DNA from: Carcharhinus longimanus
Taxonomy: Eukaryota
NCBI GenBank assembly: GCA_030264375.1
Contig: JASCQW010000032.1
Location: 31,910,986-31,970,679 of the forward strand
Length of the DNA stretch: 59,694 nucleotides
Direction: 5' to 3'
How positions within the stretch are numbered: position 1 is the first letter of the stretch; the number at the start of each line of letters is the position of its first letter. The translations under genes and the position numbers were made by a program. The notes under the pieces are model-generated. The model was not told the origin of the DNA. It made no database searches and saw only the letters and a program-made list of their open reading frames with translations. This document shows positions 26,367-38,400 of the stretch, piece by piece.

Positions 26367-26493
26367 AGGAAGGATTTTCCAGGCCCGCCTGCCTGCCAAC
26401 CATTGGGATCATCCATTCCCACCAGAAGTCAATGGATTTAGGTAAGGATGCCGAATCCCCCATGGCAGATCCTGTCAGGGGAAAATCCTGGCT
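26367..26493. mobile_element. Short MITE nested in the Harbinger element
   Basis: Perfect 10-bp inverted repeat AGGATTTTCC (26371-26380) / GGAAAATCCT (26480-26489). The ends resemble the MITE at 45558-45709. Confidence 0.55.
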
Positions 26494-28069
26494 GAAGTCT
26501 GAAGTGGAAGCTCTGGAAGAACCATCATTGTGTTTGCCTGCATCCTCCACCAAGACTCCACAATTTGGAGACCACCTCACCGACACGACCCTGCACTCCA
26601 AGAACAGTCAGTCCCAGTCAGAAGGTGAGCCTCTGGAAGCAGCTGGAAGCTCACTGCTGGAGATGACAATGATAGGTAGTGGAACGTCAGGCAAAAAGGT
26701 ATGAAAGTTACTTAGCAATTTAGATTGAATGACGGAGGAGTCTACCCATGGCTGATGTCATGGCTTCAGCATGTGGGCACTTTGAGGTCACCAAAGAATG
26801 TTTGGTAACCATCATGGAAACCTTGGTCTTGCTGTACTAACACTCAGCCATATTCTGCATGGTCACACAATCAAGATGCAAGAGACATGAGGATGAGGGA
26901 CCTTAACTTCTCTCCAGGTGCACCATCTCAAGCAGACATGATGGGATCCTCAGGCTCTCATAAGGGAGGATGAGGGTCAACTGGACATCCTGCGTCCTCC
27001 ACTCAGAGTGCTCCTGGAGTTTACTGCCGCTCACAGTCCCCTTAATCTGGGACCCCCATCACTCCAGCTGCTCAGACTGCTGTGGACACATCTGCCCAAT
27101 CAGGTGACCTTAATCAGGCCAGGGTTCACCAGGCCTCAAACCACCAGAGGATGTCCACTAAGGTCATCAAGCAGTCAGCAGGTTGTTCCCCACCCCCTCT
27201 TTTGCTGCAGAATTGGGGCTGCACACAGGTGTAGCAGTGGAGTTAGGCAAGTTAAGCAATTCTGATGTAACTTTTTGTTCACAAGTGTCTATGACTGTGA
27301 AGAAATTACACTTTGGTGAATATATTTAATGGTTATGAGTCTGTTTTGATCAACTGAAAGTGTTGTGATTTTATATACTGGAATCCTCTTATGTTAAGAT
27401 TTAGCCAGCTTCCCACTCAGTGATTGTGTCCACTGTGCAATTAACATTCATGTGATGTCAATCTGTGTTGAACTAATCTCCGTATGCTTGTGCGATGTCA
27501 GGGAGATGTGTTTAGATCTTTATTTGAAGTGTCTAATGCAAGTGTTTCCAACGATTCTTCCACAGGGAACAACACTCTGAGTGAGGGCAGCTTATCAGCA
27601 TTGATATTCTAGCTGCACGTGTCTCCTAAGTACTAGCAGCAGAAGACAAGACACGCATCATTAACTGGCAGTGAAAGCTTCAAGTCTTCTCTCACATTGC
27701 ACTTGCTTCTCTGTGAACTCTCAATTCCCAAGTGAGCGCACTCACAAAGCACTACGGACCAAAGCAGAGAACATGGCTTAGCAATTCATGAGTCCGGAAT
27801 GTGTAAGTGTGAATGTTGGATTCATTCTCGCTGTGAGTGATTGCACATCCTCTAATATGAAAGGGAATGGCACTGAGTGATTGAAGAGATGTGGTTATGT
27901 GCCCTCACTTAACTTTACCCTTCCTGGAACTTGTCAATAATCAAAATAGCACAGGCACATCTCCAATGTCTTACCTCCTTCATAGCACCACCACATTTGT
28001 ATTGATCTTCAGTAACCTCCTTAGGTGCCTGGGGCTCTGGATCTTTATTTTCTCAGAATTCACCCTCTT

Positions 28070-29150
28070 TGTATAGTCAGATTGTGAAGGTCATGATACA
28101 CTGCAATGGTGTGTGAAAGTTTATCCACCGGCGTGGCATGGTAGCACAGCGGTTAGCTTCACAGTGCCTGGGTTTGATTCCTAGCTTGGGTCACTGTATG
28201 TGTGGAGTTTGCACGTTCTTCCCGTGTCTGCATGGGTTTCCTCTGGTGGTCTGGTTTCCTCCCACAGTCTGAGAGACATGATGGTTGGGTGCATTGATCC
28301 AAACAGGTGCCGGACTGTGTTGACTAGGGGAATTTCACAGTAATTTCATTGCAAATACTTACTTGTGACTAATAAATAAACTTTAATGTATTGAGGTAGG
28401 CCGCCTGAGCAGTCCAAGCACCTGAAGTCCATCTTCAGAAGTCCTATGGTCTGCTCTATAAGGGAGTGTGTGGAGTGGTGAGCAGTGCAGTACCTCTCCT
28501 GGGAACGACTCAGAGGACGACGCACCAAAATCATCAGCCAGTGGTTCAGTGGGTACCCCTGATCCCCAAGCAGCCATCCTGTAGACATAGCAATCTCTGG
28601 AAATTGTCAGGCAACTTGGAGTGACTGAGGGTGTGGGAATCATGGCAACTCCCAGAGTACTGCGCACAAATGTGCAATATATGATTCCAGTTATCAGACA
28701 CAAGTTGTACATTGATGGAATGGTAGCCCTAGTGGTTTATAAGCATTGAGAGCTTCTACCATGGAGCCCAGTTTATTGCATCCTGAATTCCTGGGAAGTC
28801 TGAGATGGTGGCGAAGCTGGTGAATCTTGCAGTCTGGCTATCTTCATTCCTAGCAAACCTCTCATATAAATATTGGGCCTTCCTGTAAAGGGCATCTGTG
28901 ATCTCCATTATGTTTTCGTGGGTTGTGGAATGTTGAGATGCTGCACAGATCTCCTGTTGATCTCTGGAAATACCCGTGGCAAAGAAATTTAGCACTGTGG
29001 TTACCTTCAAAACCACTGGCAGGAGAAAGCCTCCAACCCCATCTGCAACAGGTCTTCATGAAGATTGTGGCATACGTGATATACTAGATCTTAAGATAAG
29101 CACAGAACTCCCCGGCACTGCCTCTTATGTATTTGTAAATAGGACCCTTT
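28070..29150 (-). pseudogene. Harbinger (HARBI1-like, DDE_Tnp_4) transposase pseudogene, interrupted by a SINE
   Basis: KVTTVLNFFATG.FQRSTGDLCSIS, ITDALY, FPGIQDAIN, INH*GYHSINVQLVSD, YSGSCHDS, WLLGDQGYPL, HHSTHSLIEQTIGLLKMDFRCLD. Beyond the SINE, IAVYHDLHNL. Contains stops and frameshifts. Confidence 0.9.
28128..28384 (+). mobile_element. tRNA SINE (non-CR1 tail type) inserted in the transposase
   Basis: ggtagcacagcggttagc, gggtttgattcc, tgtggagtttgcacgttct core, and tail ctaggggaatttcacagtaatttcattgc...ttgtgactaataaataaacttt. Confidence 0.88.
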
Positions 29151-30208
29151 TCTATGGGATACCCTAGATCTGGTGATTCACCTCTGTTGTCTAGGTCTGT
29201 CCTCCTGCTCATGTTCTCAATCCCCTTTTCCATGCCTGTTAGGCCAAGAGCTGCGCTCAGTATTGCCTCACCCTCCTTCACCTCCTCCATTGCTTTACGA
29301 CCCTGACACAGGCAGCACTGAGCCCTGGATCCATTTGTGCTTTTGCCTTCATCCTGATATGAAATACTGAATGCATTAAAAGGTCAAGGAAATGAAGCTC
29401 AGAACATGAACCATATGGCAATTAAGGGTATATAAAAAATATGGGCATGCATGGGCATGGAAAATATGCACATTTTGTCCTACCCTATTTACATAGTAAT
29501 CAGCGCAGCCTTGTTTCTGAGACGGTGCACACACACTGAGGTGACCAGGATATATATCAGGAGCTCTCTATGGGATAATAAGGTGCAAATGAGATAAATG
29601 ACCAAACCTGGTACTTCAATCTCTGATGTGGCATTGTAATGGCCAATCAGTTGCTCATGGTCCGCGGGTAGATGTCCTTTGGCCTGTTATGATGCCAAAC
29701 TTGCTGAGCGTGTGATTAGCTTTCATTGACAGAATGTCACATGTGAGGTAGCTGTGCCTCTTTTACTGTTATCTGTATTCTCAAATTCTACATTCCTGTG
29801 TCTTACTCTTGAAATGCAGTGACTGTGATGTGAAGCCACTGAGCTCCGAGTACCTCTTTTAACAGCACAAACGAAGGCATTGGCATTGTGATTTTTCTGC
29901 CTAAGCAGATCTTCTACCTTTCTCACCAAGCTGACTCCTGTTCATTCTGCAGCACCAACAAGTTAGAAGGCACCACCATAAATGGCCTCTCAGCCCTACC
30001 GTGCACACCACCACACTGCCTCAAGACCTCTTCCGATCAAATTCACTGGTACTTTTGATTTGAGCCAATGCCATTACTGCGGTAATTAGACACTCACTCT
30101 CTTACTGTGTGTCAGATATATATCTCGATTCTCAGACCTTTCACCAGTTGTTCTCCAGCTTCTCCTGATAATACTGGATTTGATAGTTGGTGTCGTAGAC
30201 ATCCCTAC

Positions 30209-30468
30209 TGTTATGTTGCGTGGCACTTCTGGCATCGTCAAGAGATTTCAGGCTTTGTTTGAAACAAAAAGGGATTTATTGATAGGAGAGACTAGGTGCC
30301 GGAGTTACAGTTTCAGGCTGCCCTGGAATCATGTTCCAGTCCTCATGGCTGCGAGATGATTTTGCCTGAGACAGGACAGCATCCTGTGGGATGATCACTC
30401 ACTCTCAGTTCCCATTGGTTCCTCAAATCAGGTAACCCACTTGTGCTGTACTGACCCACCATTGCAAA
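30209..30468 (-). mobile_element. Candidate solo LTR, 260 bp
   Basis: Starts TGTTA and ends ...GCAAA (CA degraded). Internal TTTATT gives AATAAA on minus. Flanked by CTAC at 30205-30208 and 30469-30472. Confidence 0.45.
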
Positions 30469-33006
30469 CTACTTTTATGCTGACAGGTTTCTCACTTCTT
30501 ACCTGATGCTGTGATCTCCAGTCCTACCCACAGGAAGGAAGACAAAATTCCACCCAATGTTTTGGTGTTCTTTCTTGCCAGCATTGAGGCATAAATGCTA
30601 TCCTATTTACTTTATAACCTCTGATTTCTCAGAGACAGCTCTGAGGTTCATGATCAATCTTTTGCTGAAGTTTTCTACTGTAAAAATATAGCTTAAAGTA
30701 AAGGAATAGTTGAGTTGTACTGTTATTTTATTAAATCATCATTAAAGCATACAGTCAAATCTGGAAGGGCTCTGCCAAAATAAAAATACCCATCTTTTTA
30801 AACTGACTATAGCTTTTTAATGCAAATTTTGTGTTGCTTATGGTCAATATTTATGATACATGTGAATAACAGTGTTTCTCCTTTGCTAAATGGCACAACA
30901 ATGGCAGTGTTTCCAAGGTGTCATCATTAGTTGGTGGTCAGATTTTGCCTTCCTGTCAATTTGAACAGAGACAGGATTAGCTGATTCAGAGATTCAGTAG
31001 GGCACTTCATTTTCTTTTCAAGTTACTTCTGGAGGATAAGGTAGGATATATCTTCCTTTCATTAAAATAATTACTCTCTGGACTCCCTATTCCTAATTCA
31101 CTTGGGTGAAGGATTGTAGATTTCTGCTCATATAAATTAGGGCATTAATCTTCCCATTCAAATTTAAGCAGCAGCAAACTAAAATGCTGCTGGTGTTGGT
31201 TTGCTGCTGAGTGAAGTACAATTTGACTAATCTTGAATTTAGGTCTCGCTCCAGAACAATAATTATTTTGCATTTCTTGATTGGATAAACAGCCATTTAG
31301 CTGGTCAACTAACAGCCAAGTCTATTCATTTCAAAATGAAATATAGCAATGATTTTGTAAAGTTCTTTTTCACTTTCCAGTTCATTCACAGTCTACATGA
31401 GCCACAATATCACCTCCACAAAATTAGCTTTTTGTCTCTGACCATTTGGCCAAGCTTACTGTGCCAATGCTGGCAGCTCCACATTTGGTCAAAATGGCAT
31501 TGAATAATTGCACTTGAAAACATGGTATGAAACAGAATGGATGCGATCTTACCAGCTTGCCACGCTGGTTGATCAGCATGGTGAGCCAGGAAGATACCAT
31601 AAAGGAAAAAAAAACAATTTATGTTGTTTCATATGCTCCCAGCCAGCGAGAATGGCTTTGCATCCAGAAACTAATGAGAGTTAAAAGGACTTACCTGGTC
31701 CGGCACAGCTGCTTTCCCCCCCTCACCGAAGAGGCACACGGCAGCGAGAAATACTACTGCTCTACAGTAGCAGAGACCAGGTGCCATGCGCCCCCCCTTC
31801 CCTCTCCCCATCACACCCATCATTACGCCCCTGCCTCCCTAAATAAATGTTACATCCCCATCTCCCCATGGGAACTGCTTGCCTTAGAATGCACAAATTG
31901 GTGAAAAAGCATCTGCAAAGGCACCAATCTTGAGTGTCATTGGGTGGAGCTCATGGAGGCCAAAGTGTAAACAACGGCAGGAGTGCAAAAATACAGAGCG
32001 TCCCACCCACCCACCTCATCAACCACCTTCTTAACCTGCAGCAGAATCTGCAGCTCCAGGATTGGATTATTCAGTTACCATAGAACCCACCTTCCTGGAG
32101 TGGAAACAAGTCATGCTTAACCTTGAGGGACAGCCAAAGAAGGCGGCGACACAGTATTGCATTGATGTGTCAGCAAGATTTTGTGCTCAAGGCTTTGGAG
32201 TGTGGCTTGATCTCACAAAATTAGGACCCGAGGACAGAAGTAGTGCTATTAGGCCATATAATTCAGGTTATAATTATTTTATTATCATTGGTAATGTGTC
32301 TTTTTAGAGGAAGTAGTTTGAAATAACTGGCAAAAACTCCAGCAACCATCATCTCTGAATCTCTGTTACGGTCGGATAGTTTTGCGTTTCCTAGGGTAAT
32401 GGAATTCTGGGCAGTCCACCTTAATTGCAAATAGAATGCTCCAGCACTCCATGTTTTCTCTTCATCTTTTTCTTCTAACATATCCAAGAAAAGAGGAGCA
32501 ATGGAAGTAATATACTGTAAATGTGATGTAAATTTTTGACATAGTTAAAAATGAGCTCAGACCTACGTACTCATCTCCAAGGATAGCAGTTGTTCTAAGC
32601 CAACCAATTCAATAGATCACTAAGTCATATAGGTGACTGACCTGTGATGTATTTATGCTGAATATTAATTTGAAACCACTCCCTGATTAATTTTTAAAGG
32701 ATGGTTTGACACAGCAGTCAAGTTGCATCCAAATTGTCACGATTCTTCCTCCGTCAGGGAGTCTTTTACTGCTAATGTGTAGAGTCAGGTTGCAATCTGA
32801 GTATGGATTTAATCTGCATTATAGCATCATTGCCCAAATTAGCATAGCAACTCAACCTCACAAGAGTTTGACTATTGCAATTCAGTTAATTTCTACTCAG
32901 GGCCATTTCAATCATTCATACAGCATGTGGGCAGAATGTTCGCTCCTCAAATCTTTATGAATGACTGTATCTGTTTCCAATGCACTCTTTTTGTGAATTC
33001 CTACTT

Positions 33007-33230
33007 CATAGAATGTCTATCGTGCAGAAGGAGTTTGCATCGATTCTCTGACAGAGTATCTTACCCAGGCTCTCTCCCCCTGCCTTATCTCCATAACACC
33101 ACATGTTCTAGGGTAATGGAATTCTGGGCAGACATGGGGAGAACATGCAAACTCCACACAGTCATCCAAGGCCAGAATTGAATCTGGGTCCCAGGAGCTG
33201 AGAGGTAGTGGTACTAACCACTATGCCTTT
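33007..33230 (-). mobile_element. HE1-like SINE, internally deleted
   Basis: Head ...CATAGTGGTTAGTACCACTACC...GATTCAATTC, core TGTGTGGAGTTTGCATGTTCTCCCC, tail TTCTGCACGATAGACATTCTATG. Confidence 0.8.
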
Positions 33231-34670
33231 ATTGCCATGGCTGCCCTTCAGTGAAACAGTGCACAGTGGCCATTTGTCTGAAGATCATTCTTAATGTGGG
33301 AAAGTTATCAAGACTGAAACCAATGATGAACCACTTTGCAAGTGTTGTACCAGCTCCAGTTCCCTACAGGTTTTAACTTTTGGCTCTCTCTATGTTGTTA
33401 AGCATTGGAGTGATCAGTCTGATTTAACTCTTTGTCTTAATGACATTGATGACAAGGCAATTTATGATATTTACGAAAATAAATGGCAAGCTGCTGCTGA
33501 TGGGAGAGAAGAATAGTATCAATGGTAAAGCAAAGCAGAGAACTCTAGCAGAGGACTTTTGTTCAATCTGCTGTCCCCATTTTCTGATCAAGAGACCGAA
33601 TTTTTAAATGAGAGATCCTGTACAACTGGAATAATTTGCACTATCTAGAAGACTGACACAGGTGTTACAAAAGGACAGGAGTTGCATCACAAATTCCTAA
33701 TTTTGAAATTCTTTGCAAGGAGCCTGCAGTAAATATTTACAGACATCACATGGGTACTTCCACAATTATGGTACACAATAATCAGACAAAGGGGATCAAA
33801 TGCAAAATCACTAAAACAAACAGACAAGAACTTTATTTGATTCTTCACTCTTATTAAAAGGAAACAGGATAAAGATATTTTTTCAATGGCAACTTTAGAA
33901 AAGTAAAGTGGGAATATAGAACTTGGGAACAGGAGTACGCTCCATCATTCAATAAAGTTAAGGCTGATCTGGTTGTGGTATCAAATCCAGTAAGTTCATA
34001 TGTCATCCATGACCTTTGACTTCCTTGTCTATCAAAAAATTGTTTAATTTTGCCTTGAATAAATTCAATGATTTGGCTGCCACTGCAGTCTGGGGAAGAC
34101 AATTCCACATTAACTGTTGGAATGGTATGGGTTACAGAACAGTGTGTTTTCAAGAAGTCTTTGTAGAATTCCGTCAGTTAATTAACTCTTTATTGACATC
34201 CGAACTATTGACACTCGTACAGTAAAGAATGCTGGTAAAGAGCAATCTCCATGCTTTCATCTTCACTATCTCTGCCAAACACTGAACTCTGGGGTCTGGG
34301 TCATGTGCCTTTGTACATCAGTCTGTGGGTGGTACTCAGAATGTGCCAGACACTTAGATTACATTAACAACAGTCTGAGAGAAAAGAAACTCATCTCATC
34401 TGTCTTAAACAGTAGACCTCTTATCCTTTAACTGTGTCCCCTAGTTTTAGTCTTTCCCACCAATGGAATCATCCTCCTGATATCTACCCTATCAAATCCC
34501 GTCAATATTCTGTATTTTTTTATTCATTCAAGGGATATGGTTTCACTGACTCGGCCAGTATGTGTTGCCCATCCCTAACCGCCTTGAGGAAGTGATGGTG
34601 AGTTGCCTTCTTAAGCTACAGTAAGAGGTCTCACAGCACCAAGATAAAGTCCAACAAGTTTATTTGGTAG

Positions 34671-34705
34671 CACGAGCTTTCAGAGTGCTGCTCCTTCATC
34701 AGGTG
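34671..34705 (-). ncRNA. Minimal type I hammerhead ribozyme motif, core intact
   Basis: CAC CUGAUGA A GGAG-cagca-CUCU GAAA GC UC GUG. Stem I is CAC/GUG, stem II is 4 bp, stem III is palindromic AGCU, and the triplet is CUC. Confidence 0.7.
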
Positions 34706-35409
34706 AGTGTAAGGTTGGATTCACAGAGCATATATAGACACAACCTCAAACAGACCACTGTTCGCAGCAAGCTGCCCAGCCTTCAGGAGAACAGCAACCA
34801 CGATACCACATAACCCTGCCACAGCAACCTCTGCAAGACATGCCAGGTCATCGACATGGATGCCATCATCTCACGTGAGAACACCATCCACCAGGTACAC
34901 GGTACCTGCTCTTGCGACTCGGCCAACGTTGCCTACCTGATGCACTGCAGGAAAGGATGCAGAAATACGGCAGTGGATGAATGGACACCGCTCAACAATC
35001 AGCAGGCAGGAGTATTCCCTTCTTATTGGGGAATACTTCAGCAGTCTAGGGTATTCAGCCTCTGATCTTCAGGTAAGCGTTTTCCAAGACACACCTTCAA
35101 GATACACAACAACGCAGTATTGCCGAGCAGAAACTGATAGCTAAGTTCTGCACACATGAAGACAGCCTCAACTGGGATCTTGGGTTCATATCACACTGTT
35201 ACCATTTGGCCTGGGCTTGAAATATCTTATTAACTATCCTAGCTTGAGACAATTCACACCTCTAATCTGTGCTTAACCCTCTCTCCATTCACATTGACTG
35301 CACCTGTAAAGACTTGATTACCTGTTAAGACTCACATTCCAACCATTATTTTGTAACGGAGTCTGTGTCTATGCATGCCCTTTTTGTGAACCCAACTCTC
35401 CTGATGACT

Positions 35410-35444
35410 CACCAGATGAAGGTGTAGTATTCTGAAAGCTTGTG
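35410..35444 (+). ncRNA. Degenerate hammerhead motif (core CAGAUGA)
   Basis: CAC CAGAUGA AGGUGUAGUAUUCU GAAA GC UU GUG, with U4 mutated. Confidence 0.5.
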
Positions 35445-38400
35445 CTAACAAATAAACCTGCTGGACTTTAACCTGTTGCAGTGAGACTTCTTACTCTGCC
35501 TACCCCACTCCAATGCTGGCATCTCCACATCATCCTTAAACTGCTGCAGTTTGTGTGTTGTAGATGTACCCACAGTGCTGTCAGAGATGGAGTTCTAGGA
35601 ACAGAGAAGGAATGGTGAGATATTTACAAATCAGGATGGTAAGTGGTATGGAGGGAAACTTACAGGTGGTGATGTTCTCATGTATCTGCTACCCTTTTCC
35701 TTCTAGGTGGTAGTGGCTATGGGTTTGGAAGGTACTATCTAAGGAGCCTTGGTGAGTTTCTGCAATGTATCTTGTACATGGTTCACATTGCAATTACTCT
35801 GAGTTGGTGGTGAAGGGAGTGAATGTTTGTGGATGGGGTATTAATCAAGCATGCTGTTTTGTCCTGGATGGTGTCAAACTTCTTGAGTGTTGTTGGAGCT
35901 GCATTTGTCCAGGCAAGTGGATGAATCTTGTAGATGATGGACAGGCTTTGAGGTATCAGGAGGTGAGTTACTCATTGCAGGATTCCTAGCTTCTGACTTG
36001 CTCTTATAGCCACATTATTTATTGCCTCTACTTATTGCTCAAACTGAGCACCAGTGAGCAGGTTTTTGCTAAGGAACTGTCACTAGGTAGTAGTGTTAAT
36101 AGCCTCTTCCTTCACTTTACTGACGACCGACAATAGACTGCTGGGTGGTAACTGCTCTGTTGGATTTGTTATGCTTTTAGTGGACAGAACATTCTTTTGC
36201 AATTTTCTACATTGTAAGATAGATACCAGTATTGCAGCTGTACTGGAACAGCTTGACTCGGGGCATGGCAAGTTCAGAAGTGTAAGTCTTCAGAACTATT
36301 GCTGGAATATTGTCATGGCCCATAGATTTTCAGTATTCAGTATCTTTAGTAATTTCTTCATATTGCGTGAAGTGAATTAAATCGGCTGAAGACTGGGATG
36401 CTGGGGAGCTCCAGAGAAGCCTGAGATGAATCAGCCACTCGGCACTTCTGACTGAAAATTGTTGTGAATGCTTCAGCTTTACCTTTTGCACTGATGTGCT
36501 GGGCTCCTCCATCACTGAGGACAGGAATATTTGTGGAGCCTCGTTCCTCAGTGAGTTGTTTAATTATCCACCACTATTCATGCCTGGATGTGGCAGGGCT
36601 GCAGAGTTTAGATCTGTTCCATTGATTGTCTATCACTTGCTCCATATGTTGGTTAGCACACAAGTAGTCCGATGTTTTAGCTTCGCCAGATTGTCACCTT
36701 ATTTTTAGGTACACCTGGTGTTGCCCCTGGCATATCCTCTTGCACACTTCATTGAACAGGAGATATTTCAACAAGATGACCTCTCATGCTTTTAAACTCT
36801 TATGGGTATAAGCCCAACCTGTCTAACCTCTCTTCATAAGATAGGCTCATCATCCCAGGAGTGAATCAAGTGATTCTTCTCTGAACTTCCTCTCTCAGAA
36901 TTAAATATTCTTTCAAATAAGGAGACCAAAATTGTACTCAATACTCCATATGTGGTTTCACCATAGCCCTGAACAGCTGTGGTGAAACTTCCCTACTTTC
37001 GTATTCTGTACTACTCCAATAAACACCAACATTTAATTTACCTTCCAAATCATTTGCTGTACTTGCATAATAGGTTTTCTGTGATTCATGTACCAGGATA
37101 CCCGGATCCCTCTGTACAACCATGCTCTGTAATCTTTTTCCATTTAAATAGTATACTGCTTTTCTATTCTTCTTGCCAAAGTGGACAAGTTCACATTTTC
37201 CCTTATTATACTCCATTTGCCAGATTTTTTGCCCACTCACCTAACCTTTCCTGGTTCTCTACCTTTGCATTGTAGCTCACATGCTGTATTATATGTAACA
37301 TTCCAAAATCATCTAGTTGTAAAAGTTCTGAAAAGGACAAGAAAACACTACCTCAAAAGGGAAATAAACATCAACCAGGTGAAAGTTCACTTCTTGATGA
37401 CAGTCACTACGTTCTGGAACACTACTTGTGATGACTGTTGCAATAGTCTTCCTAATCGTGTATCCCATGCCAGTTTTGTAACACATCAGGGTTGTTGGCT
37501 ACACTCTGATCACGTTGTTTTTCTAGAAGATTGTTTTTAGTTTCTCGTTTTTAGTGCATTATCTAAATTGCAAAGAAGTTATTTTAAAAGTTACATACTG
37601 GTGTCCATCTCTGATGAAAGCTACAGTGTAATTCAATCATAAAGAGAATATAAGTTTGATATGTGCAATATTCTCTGTTATGTCATTCTAAAAGAGCACT
37701 AATGTCCCTTACTCCAAGTCAATTTTAAACCAAAGCACAAAAATCTCACTAATATTAAAGAACCACTCTCACAATAAAGAACTACAGAAGAGAAAACACA
37801 TCCACAATTCCTTTTTATGCTTATGATGCATCATGTATATAGTAAGTAATACGCTAAATATATTTAAATTTGATATATAAATTGTGCACTGGTTTCATTT
37901 ATATTAGTTTCAATCTTCCTCCCCCATAACTTCTCCTAAAAGTCATCTGTTTTCAATTAGATTGTCATTTTCACAAAATACTTAAAAGACCTTCACAGAA
38001 ACAATGTCAGCACCATTATCAGAAATATGTGCCTGCTGCAAGAGTTAAGCACTCCATCCTTCACTTCAGGATTCCTCAGTCCAGTCAATTTTGTTTTAAC
38101 AATATTGAAAAATTTCTTTGGAATGCTAATAAGCACAGAACATATTTTTATATTGAGGATATTTCTATATAGGATATATGATAGAGGGATAAAGACTTGG
38201 GAAGAGATGTAAAGGGTTAATGTCAGAAATATACATGATGCCGATATAATAACGTCAGATTACATGACTAAAAAGTGAGAAAGAGACCTAGATGGAGGAG
38301 ACACTTCCTAACTTCATGTAAAGGTCCAAATGTGTAAATACTCACTTAAATAAAGAATAATTGTTTTCAGAAATTACTGACGCAACTGACATACTTTGGG

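Larger units (their letters stand above)
25223..30555. mobile_element. PIF/Harbinger DNA transposon, apparently full-length but decayed, with two convergent genes
   Basis: TIRs GGATGGAATTTT (25223-25234) and AAAATTCCACCC (30544-30555) match at 11/12. TSD AAT at 25220-25222 and 30556-30558. Encloses a DDE transposase and a Myb/SANT-like gene remnant. Confidence 0.8.
34619..35533 (+). mobile_element. Penelope-like element (GIY-YIG endonuclease remnant) with inverted 5' terminal repeat
   Basis: PCHSNLCKTCQVID...HGTCSCDSANVAYLMHCRKGC (CCHH-region and N-V-x-Y motif of PLEs) and AEQKLIAKFCTHEDSLNWD (E..LI....T...GLN.D). Segment 34619-34745 is an inverted copy of about 35360-35495. Confidence 0.88.
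34520..36760 (-). mobile_element. Second LINE family (CR1/L2 group, GAATAAA tail), interrupted by a Penelope-like element
   Basis: 3' end tttattcattcaagggatatgg...ttgcccatccctaa is shared with 49845-50410 and 51140-51310. RT remnant TNP.....SLLSVVSKV.E lies in ORF 36083..36271. Confidence 0.7.
33910..37245 (-). mobile_element. CR1 LINE 3' part split by nested insertions (pieces ~33910-34100, ~34380-34520, ~36765-37245)
   Basis: Tail at about 33915-33975. ORF 36938..37240 has WQMEYNKGKCELVHFGKKN and LFRAMVKPHMEY. Confidence 0.75.
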
